Shown here: piece after piece, positions 37,424 to 43,762 of the stretch
Layout of the letters: every line of letters begins with the position of its first letter
Numbering within the stretch: the first letter of the stretch is position 1
The notes under the pieces: model-generated
The model's input: the letters and a program-made list of their open reading frames with translations, nothing else
What the model was told of the DNA's origin: nothing
Databases searched by the model: none
Assembly: GCA_017482355.1 (NCBI GenBank)
Contig: JAFUNJ010000002.1
Location: 11,092-75,091, forward strand
Source of the DNA: Clostridia bacterium
Lineage (GTDB): Bacteria; Bacillota; Clostridia; Oscillospirales; CAG-272
Direction: 5' to 3'
Length of the DNA stretch: 64,000 bases
Position numbers and translations under genes: made by a program

Positions 37424-39122
37424 ATTTAATCAGCTTTTGACCCCCTTCGCCGAGAGCATCGGCGATATTCCGCTTCCCGAATATCCGCGCCCGACGCTCG
37501 TTCGTGATTCATTTATAAATCTCAACGGCAAGTGGAAATTCGGCGTTTGCGACTCAATTGAAAATGCGGTTTTTGACCGCGAGATACTTGTTCCCTTTCC
37601 GCCCGAATCTCTCCTTTCGGGGATAAACGAGGTCTTTGACGAGAGCAAAACGCTCTGCTACAAGCGCCTTTTTTCGCTTCCCGACGGCTTTAAGGTCGGA
37701 CGCGTCATTCTTCATTTCGGCGCTGTCGATCAGGTTGCCGAGGTCTTTCTTAACGGTAACAAGCTCGGCTCGCATATCGGCGGCTACGCTCCGTTTTTCT
37801 TTGATATTACCGAGCATTTGAGCGAAAATAATACCCTTACCGTCTTCGTTCGCGACAACCTTTCCAACCTTATTCTTCCCTACGGAAAGCAATCTCGCAA
37901 GCGCGGCGGAATGTGGTATACACCCGTCAGCGGCATCTGGCAGACTGTCTGGCTTGAAAGCGTAAAGGAAAATTACATCGAGCGTCTTGATCTTCCGACG
38001 ACACCCGATGATCCTATAATTGCCGCGCATTTTTGCGGTCAGAATGAGGACGGAACGGTTACGGTTAACACTCCTGACGGGAAGGCAGTTTTCCCTCTCA
38101 AGGACGGCAGAGCCGAGATAAAGCTTGATTCTCCGCGCCTGTGGTCACCCGAGGATCCTTATTTATACGAATTTGAGATCGTGACCGAGAGTGACACAGT
38201 GCGCTCCTATTTCGCACTCCGTTCGCTTGAGATAAAGACCGTCGGCTCCCATCAGCGCCTGTGTCTGAACGGAAAGCCCTATTTCTTCCACGGGCTTCTC
38301 GATCAGGGTTATTTCAGCGACGGCATCTTCACTCCTGCGTCGGTCGAATGTCTTGAAAGCGATATCCTCCGCGCAAAAGCCCTCGGCTTCAATATGCTTC
38401 GCAAGCATATTAAGGTCGAGCATCCATATTTCTACCACCTTTGCGACAAGCACGGCATCGTCGTTTTCCAGGATATGGTCAACAACGGAAAATACTCGTT
38501 TTTCTTTGATACTGCCTTGCCGACTGTCGGGTTTATCTCGCGCAGTGACAAGAAGCTTCACCCCGACAAGCGAAGCCGAAAGGCGTTCCTTTCGCACATG
38601 GAGGAAACTGTTTCACTTCTCAAAAATCACGCGTCGATCTGCCTTTGGACGATATTCAACGAGGGTTGGGGACAGTTTGACGGCGACTCAGCTTATCGCC
38701 GCTTGAAGGCGCTTGATCCGACCCGATTTATAGATACCGCGTCGGGCTGGTACAGATGCAGTCAGACCGATCTCGACAGCCGTCATATTTACTTCCGAAA
38801 GGTAAAGCTCAAGTCAAAGGACAAGCCGCTGTTCCTATCGGAATTCGGCGGTTACAGCTATCGAGTTGAAAACCACGTTTTCAATCCCGACAAGGCGTAC
38901 GGCTACGGAAAATGCGGCAGCCGCGAGGAATTCGTTACGGCGCTCCGCAATCTGTATGAAAATGAGATAATTCCGCTCGTCGATCAGGGGCTTTGCGCTT
39001 CGGTCTACACGCAGCTGACCGATATCGAGGACGAGATCAACGGTCTCATTACCTACGATAGGGTAGTTATGAAGGTCACGCCTGAGGAATTTGCAGATAT
39101 TGGAAAGAAATTGAAGATATAA
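37416..39122 (+). CDS. Glycoside hydrolase family 2 protein
   Basis: 568 aa. GH2 N-terminal sugar-binding, Ig and TIM layout. WTIFNEGWG (acid/base NE) and LSEFGGYS (nucleophile E). 8-nt overlap with the MFS gene. Confidence 0.8.
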   Translation: MSEFNQLLTPFAESIGDIPLPEYPRPTLVRDSFINLNGKWKFGVCDSIENAVFDREILVPFPPESLLSGINEVFDESKTLCYKRLFSLPDGFKVGRVILHFGAVDQVAEVFLNGNKLGSHIGGYAPFFFDITEHLSENNTLTVFVRDNLSNLILPYGKQSRKRGGMWYTPVSGIWQTVWLESVKENYIERLDLPTTPDDPIIAAHFCGQNEDGTVTVNTPDGKAVFPLKDGRAEIKLDSPRLWSPEDPYLYEFEIVTESDTVRSYFALRSLEIKTVGSHQRLCLNGKPYFFHGLLDQGYFSDGIFTPASVECLESDILRAKALGFNMLRKHIKVEHPYFYHLCDKHGIVVFQDMVNNGKYSFFFDTALPTVGFISRSDKKLHPDKRSRKAFLSHMEETVSLLKNHASICLWTIFNEGWGQFDGDSAYRRLKALDPTRFIDTASGWYRCSQTDLDSRHIYFRKVKLKSKDKPLFLSEFGGYSYRVENHVFNPDKAYGYGKCGSREEFVTALRNLYENEIIPLVDQGLCASVYTQLTDIEDEINGLITYDRVVMKVTPEEFADIGKKLKI

Positions 39123-39126
39123 AAAT

Positions 39127-39160
39127 GACACCCTTTGGCATTTGTCAAAGGGTGTTTTCG
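39127..39160 (+). terminator. Rho-independent terminator of the GH2 operon
   Basis: acacccttt-ggcatttgtc-aaagggtgt followed by a T-rich run. Confidence 0.65.
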
Positions 39161-39189
39161 GTTTTGTTCGTTCTATCCTCGCGGTTGAA

Positions 39190-39487
39190 AAAATTCTGCC
39201 ACCCTTGTAGGGGGCGACCTCTCGGAACCCCAAAAATTCGCGTTCGCTCGTTTCGGGGAACCCCTACCTCGATGCCCCGTATAAAAACGATGTTACTTTC
39301 CTTCAACACACGGTTGCTTCGCAACCTACACCTCATCCGGTCTCGAGTAGTTTGTGCTTCGCACAACCTACCGCTCAACCACCTTCCCCAAGGGGAAGGC
39401 AAGGCGGCGTTCGCTTTACGCGTTATGTAGATAACAGAGTGAGCGTGGGAGCGGCGGACGGTCGGGGACGCCCGTTCCTACAAATTA
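39190..39487. repeat. Modular hairpin-chain intergenic repeat, family 1
   Basis: Modules gtaggggg..., cggggaacccctacctcga (39254-39272), aaaaacgatgttac (39283-39296), ggttgc-ttc-gcaacc, ccttccccaaggggaagg (39382-39399) and gtgagcgtgggagcggcggacggtcgggg (39439-39467). Confidence 0.85.
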
Positions 39488-39540
39488 ACGTTCGATATAC
39501 CTTTGTATGGTGAGAGGTATCCCATCTCGCACAAAAGCAC

Positions 39541-39572
39541 AAAAACAGACGACGTTTCCGTCGTCTGTTTTT
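39541..39572. terminator. Bidirectional terminator (metA 3' end)
   Basis: A5, cagacgacg-tttc-cgtcgtctg, T5. Confidence 0.8.
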
Positions 39573-39573
39573 A

Positions 39574-40497
39574 TTATTTTTCGTCCAATTTTGAAAGGTC
39601 AAACGGCGTCGTCTGGTAGACGAAGTAGTTGAGCCAGTTCGAATAGAGCAGGTTTGCGTGCGAGCGCCAGGTCACGACAGGCGGCTTTGAAACGTCGTCG
39701 TTCGGGAAGTAATTTACCGGAATATGCGGATTTTTGCCTGCTTCGAGATCGCGGAAATACTCGTCCGAGAGCGTGTACGCGTCGTACTCGCTGTGTCCTG
39801 TTATAAATATCTGCTTGCCGTTTTTCGTCGCCATAGCGTAGACTCCGCATTCATCCGACGATGCGAGGATCTTAAGCCCCTCGACCTTCTCTACGTCGGC
39901 GCGGTCGACCGTCGTATGACGGCTCTGCGGAACGGGGAAAACGTCGTCAAATCCGCGCAGGAGCATTGAATTCTTATAATCGGCACGGTGCGGATATACG
40001 CCCGAAAGCTTGCTCGGGAGAGCGTGCTTCTGTATTCCGAAATGGTAGTAGAGACCCGCCTGTGCGCCCCAACAGATGTGGAAGGTACTGTGTACGTGGG
40101 TCTTGCTCCACTCCATTATCTCGCAAAGCTCCTCCCAATATTCGACCTCCTCGAACGGCATCTGCTCAACGGGCGCGCCCGTTATTATCATTCCGTCGAA
40201 GTTGCGGTGCTTTACGTCGGAGAACGTTTTATAGAACTTGAGCATGTGCTCCTTCGCTACGTTTTTCGATTCGTAGGTGCTCGTTTTTATAAGCTCCATT
40301 TCGACCTGAAGCGGTGTGTTTCCAAGCAGACGCGAAAGCTGTGTTTCGGTCTCTATCTTCTTCGGCATCAGGTTCAGTATCAGTATCTGAAGCGGACGTA
40401 TGTCCTGTCCCTCCGCGCGCGTTTCGTCCATCACGAAGATGTTTTCGCGTGATAGGATCTCGGCGGCAGGGAGATTGTTCGGTATCTTGATCGGCAT
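39574..40497 (-). CDS. metA: Homoserine O-acyltransferase MetA
   Basis: 307 aa. [11 protein letters not shown]...[12 protein letters not shown]... typical MetA/HTS family N-terminus and length. Confidence 0.92.
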   Translation of the reverse strand: MPIKIPNNLPAAEILSRENIFVMDETRAEGQDIRPLQILILNLMPKKIETETQLSRLLGNTPLQVEMELIKTSTYESKNVAKEHMLKFYKTFSDVKHRNFDGMIITGAPVEQMPFEEVEYWEELCEIMEWSKTHVHSTFHICWGAQAGLYYHFGIQKHALPSKLSGVYPHRADYKNSMLLRGFDDVFPVPQSRHTTVDRADVEKVEGLKILASSDECGVYAMATKNGKQIFITGHSEYDAYTLSDEYFRDLEAGKNPHIPVNYFPNDDVSKPPVVTWRSHANLLYSNWLNYFVYQTTPFDLSKLDEK

Positions 40498-40547
40498 TTT
40501 CGATTTCCTTTTGGGGTTAATATTATACTATCGTTGTTTCGGGGCAA

Positions 40548-40590
40548 TGTGTCGCCTTCCCCAAGGGGAAGGCTTAATTGCGTTCTATCT
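40548..40590. repeat. Solo family-1 module between metY and metA
   Basis: gtcgccttccccaaggggaaggc (hairpin 40555-40572), identical to the hairpin at 10915-10932 and 39382-39399. Confidence 0.75.
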
Positions 40591-40602
40591 TACCCTTAAA
40601 TA

Positions 40603-41883
40603 TCAGTTCAACGCCTGTTCGATATCGGCGATAAGGTCGTCGGCGTCTTCAAGACCGACGGAGAGACGTACGAGGTCGGACGGTACGCCCGCATTTGTCA
40701 GTTCCTCATCGGACATCTGACGGTGAGTCGTTGATGCAGGATGCAGGCAGCAGGAGCGCGCGTCTGCGACGTGCGTTTCGATCGCGGCGATCTTCAGCTT
40801 ACCCATAAACGCCTGCGCCGCCTCGCGTCCGCCCTTTACTCCGAAGCTTACGACTCCGCAGGAGCCGTTCGGCAGGTACTTTTTAGCGAGGTCATAGTAA
40901 GGCGAGGATTCAAGCGAGGGATAGTTTACCCACGCGATCTTCTCGTGATTTTCAAGGTATTTCGCGATCCTCTCCGCGTTTTCACAGTGGCGCTTCATTC
41001 TTACGTGCAAGCTTTCAAGTCCGAGGTTGAGAATGAATGCGTTTTGGGGCGACTGAACGGAGCCAAAATCACGCATAAGCTGTGCGGTCGCCTTCGTTAT
41101 ATACGCGCCACTTAGACCGAAGCGTTCGGTATAGGTCACGCCGTGGTAGCTGTCGTCAGGCGTGCAGAGACCGGGGAATTTGTCGGGATATTTCGTCCAG
41201 TCAAACTTGCCCGAGTCGACGATACATCCGCCGACTGCCGCGCCGTGACCGTCCATATACTTGGTCGTCGAATGAGTTACTATATCTGCGCCAAATTCGA
41301 ACGGACGGCAGTTTACGGGAGTCGCGAAGGTATTATCAACTATCAGCGGAACACCGTGCTTATGTGCGGCATCTGCGAATCTTTCAATATCGAAAACGGT
41401 AAGAGCCGGGTTTGCAATAGTCTCACCGAACACTGCCTTTGTATTCGGCTTGAACGCCTTTTCAAGCTCCTCGTCGGAGCAGTCGGGGGAAACGAAGGTG
41501 AATTCGATTCCCATGCGCTTCATAGTAACGGCGAAAAGGTTATAGGTTCCGCCGTAGATAGACGCGCTTGACACGATGTGGTCGCCGCAGGACGCTATAT
41601 TGAAGATGGAGTAAAAGGATGCCGCCTGACCTGAGGAGGTGAGCATAGCAGCGCTTCCGCCCTCAAGCTCACATATCTTCGCCGCGACCGTGTCACAGGT
41701 CGGGTTCTGCAGGCGCGAGTAGAAATATCCCGACGCTTCGAGGTCGAAGAGCTTTCCCATCGCCTCACCCGTCGCGTATTTGAACGTCGTGCTCTGAATT
41801 ATCGGTATCTGTCTCGGCTCGCCGTTTCCGGGCGTGTATCCGCCCTGAACGCATACTGTGCCTACTTTTCTTTTATCTGCCAT
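40603..41883 (-). CDS. metY: O-acetylhomoserine sulfhydrylase / aminocarboxypropyltransferase (PLP-dependent)
   Basis: Cys/Met-metabolism PLP family with the PLP lysine in HSTTKYMDGHG. Start reassigned to MADKRKVG (ATG 41881-41883, RBS AAAGGAG). Confidence 0.9.
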   Translation of the reverse strand: MADKRKVGTVCVQGGYTPGNGEPRQIPIIQSTTFKYATGEAMGKLFDLEASGYFYSRLQNPTCDTVAAKICELEGGSAAMLTSSGQAASFYSIFNIASCGDHIVSSASIYGGTYNLFAVTMKRMGIEFTFVSPDCSDEELEKAFKPNTKAVFGETIANPALTVFDIERFADAAHKHGVPLIVDNTFATPVNCRPFEFGADIVTHSTTKYMDGHGAAVGGCIVDSGKFDWTKYPDKFPGLCTPDDSYHGVTYTERFGLSGAYITKATAQLMRDFGSVQSPQNAFILNLGLESLHVRMKRHCENAERIAKYLENHEKIAWVNYPSLESSPYYDLAKKYLPNGSCGVVSFGVKGGREAAQAFMGKLKIAAIETHVADARSCCLHPASTTHRQMSDEELTNAGVPSDLVRLSVGLEDADDLIADIEQALN

Positions 41884-41916
41884 TTTGTTTTGCTCCTTTA
41901 GGGGTTTATTAAAATA

Positions 41917-41945
41917 ATTATAACGCATTTCCCCCTCATTGGCAA
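41917..41945 (-). promoter_or_regulatory. Sigma-A type promoter of metY-metA
   Basis: Minus strand: TTGCCA, 17-nt spacer, TATAAT. The leader is only about 30 nt. Confidence 0.55.
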
Positions 41946-41990
41946 TAGTTTTGATAAATTTCTTTTTTTCGCCTTGGTATATTCACGCCG

Positions 41991-42491
41991 ATGATAATTG
42001 GTGAAATAAAGCGGTATCTGCGCGACAACAACTCGGTTCGCGTGAGCCGTTCGCTTCGCGATCTCGCCTATAGGGCGCTTCAGGCGAAGGAGGTTATTTC
42101 GCGCCGCGACTGCAAGGACGCGACCATTGACGAGATCGTTGAGGAGCTCAACAAGGATGGAGATACGAAGACCAAAGAAGAGGTCTCACGCGCTCTGGAA
42201 GCAATTTCCGCGCCTATCTCGATCTACGATCCCGTTTACGGCGACGGCGACGATTCGCTTTACGTTATGGATCAGCTTCGTGACGATTCCGCGTCGGAGG
42301 AAAGCTGGCTTGAAAGCATTGCGCTCCGAGAGGCGCTTAAAAATCTCTCGGAGCGTGAAAAAACTATTTTGAATCTGCGTTTTTACAAAGGGCGGACGCA
42401 GATGGAGATAGCGTCGGAGATCGGAATCTCGCAGGCGCAGGTGTCAAGAGTTGAAAAGGGGGCAATTGAGAGGATAAAGAAGGAAATGTAA
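41991..42491 (+). pseudogene. sigG: 5'-truncated SigG/SigF-type sporulation sigma factor (regions 2.4-4.2 only)
   Basis: MIIGEIKRYLRDNNSVRVSRSLRDLAYRALQ... and ...GRTQMEIASEIGISQAQVSRVEK closely follow the B. subtilis SigG pattern from region 2.4 onward. An in-frame TAA at 41955-41957 leaves no room for the roughly 90 N-terminal residues. Confidence 0.8.
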
Positions 42492-42495
42492 ATCC

Positions 42496-42969
42496 TCAAG
42501 ACGGAAAGATTATGATCTCTCTGCCTTTCTTTACGGCATAGTCGAGGGCGATTTTCGTACCGCTTCTACGGGTACTTGGCGCACATTGCTCGTCATAATA
42601 AACGATACAGTATTTGCTCTTGTTTATCATTTCATAGTTGCGCTCAACGTAGGCGGCTCTGCCTGCACCGAGAATTTTTTCGGGGTAATAGGTATCATCG
42701 CAGGATTTGAGCAAATAAGCCAGATATTGATCGGTAATATAAGGAAATTCTGCCCGCACGTAGATTCGTTTTATGTGCGGGTACTTTTCCTTTATTTGCG
42801 TCACAAGGTCAAGACACAGACTGTTAAAGCCGCTTCCGCTGCCAAACAAAAAGGTGTCTACGTTTTCGTCCGTAATCAGCTTTTCGACGGTTTCGGTTAA
42901 TTGAGCTTTTAGCTCTTCCGTTTCTATTATGTTTCTGTGACCGAAAAAACAGCAGGTGTTCTCTCGCAT
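42496..42969 (-). CDS. SLOG-fold protein, DUF1273 / YpsA-like
   Basis: 157 aa. CCFFGHR...FLFGSGSGFNSLCLDLV...RNYEMINKS pattern of the YpsA/DUF1273 family. Confidence 0.7.
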   Translation of the reverse strand: MRENTCCFFGHRNIIETEELKAQLTETVEKLITDENVDTFLFGSGSGFNSLCLDLVTQIKEKYPHIKRIYVRAEFPYITDQYLAYLLKSCDDTYYPEKILGAGRAAYVERNYEMINKSKYCIVYYDEQCAPSTRRSGTKIALDYAVKKGREIIIFPS

Positions 42970-42982
42970 ATACGTTTCTCCA

Positions 42983-43002
42983 AAGTAAATGATATTTTAC
43001 TT
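42983..43002. promoter_or_regulatory. Candidate operator palindrome in the SLOG/XRE divergent region
   Basis: AAGTAAA-tgatat-TTTACTT. The half-site AAGTAAA is repeated at 43025-43031. Confidence 0.4.
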
Positions 43003-43109
43003 ATTATAAACTATCTTTCACTTAAAGTAAATATATCTGCATATGAAAGTTATAATAATTTACCCCTTTTTTCGGTAAAATGTATGTATAAAGGAAAAGG
43101 GGCAATATA

Positions 43110-43340
43110 ATGAATACAGAATTTCCTGACAAGTATATAACTCTCGGTTTGAAGATCGCATATTACAGAAGAAAAGCGGGCTTTACGCAAGAATACTTTG
43201 CAGAGCTTATCGGCAAAAGCGTAAGCTTTGTTGGTCAGGTCGAAGGCACCGGCACGGTGCGCGGCGTTTCGCTCGAAACATTATTTAAGATCGCACAGGT
43301 ATTAAAAATACCGCCGTCCAAATTGTTGGAAGAAGATTGA
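43110..43340 (+). CDS. XRE-family helix-turn-helix transcriptional regulator
   Basis: 76 aa. ...GFTQEYFAELIGKSVSFVGQVE... HTH_3 pattern. Confidence 0.75.
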   Translation: MNTEFPDKYITLGLKIAYYRRKAGFTQEYFAELIGKSVSFVGQVEGTGTVRGVSLETLFKIAQVLKIPPSKLLEED

Positions 43341-43353
43341 CCGTAATTATAAC

Positions 43354-43390
43354 AAAATCTCTCTGCTGAATTTCGGCAGGGAGATTTTTT
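43354..43390 (+). terminator. Rho-independent terminator
   Basis: atctctctgc-tgaatttcg-gcagggagat followed by T6. Confidence 0.7.
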
Positions 43391-43402
43391 AATGTAGCAA
43401 AT

Positions 43403-43759
43403 AGCGTGAGCGCGGGAGCGGCGGACAGTCGAGGCGAGGGGGTCCCCGAAACGAGCGAATGCGAGTTTTGGGGGTTCCCGAGGTTGCCTGTCCCTAAAAA
43501 TCGACGTGGCGAAGCTTCGCCCGAGATTCCGCCGCGCATACGCGCGAACCCCAAAAGCTCGTTGCATTCGCATTTGGGAACCCCGCCGCTTCGGCGCCCT
43601 GCGGGTTCGACTTCGGACTTCGTCCTGCGCTCAGAATGACACGGGCAATCGAAAGGGGTATCCAAAGGGGAAAACGTGTGAAATTTGCTACGCAAATTTC
43701 ACGGTTTGCCTCTTGGCGTGTTTCTTTGGTCACCTTTCTTACACGAGTAAGAAAGGTGA
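43403..43759. repeat. Modular hairpin-chain intergenic repeat, family 1 (longest copy)
   Basis: gtgagcgcgggagcggcggacagtcgagg (43406-43434), ggcgaagcttcgcc palindrome, aatcgaaaggggtatccaaaggggaaaacgt (43647-43677), 11-bp hairpin 43678-43702 and 12-bp hairpin 43730-43759. Confidence 0.85.
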
Positions 43760-43762
43760 GAT

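Noticed and set aside
41884-41990. Expected SAM-I (S-box) riboswitch upstream of metY.
   Set aside because: The intergenic region is only about 107 nt and contains the promoter. The leader is about 30 nt. No S-box-like four-way junction sequence was seen.
41955-42491. A skin-like intervening element splitting the sigma gene (as for sigK).
   Set aside because: The homology is to forespore SigG/SigF rather than mother-cell SigK. No recombinase gene is nearby. Excision in the forespore would be heritable, so a pseudogene or rearrangement junction is the simpler reading.
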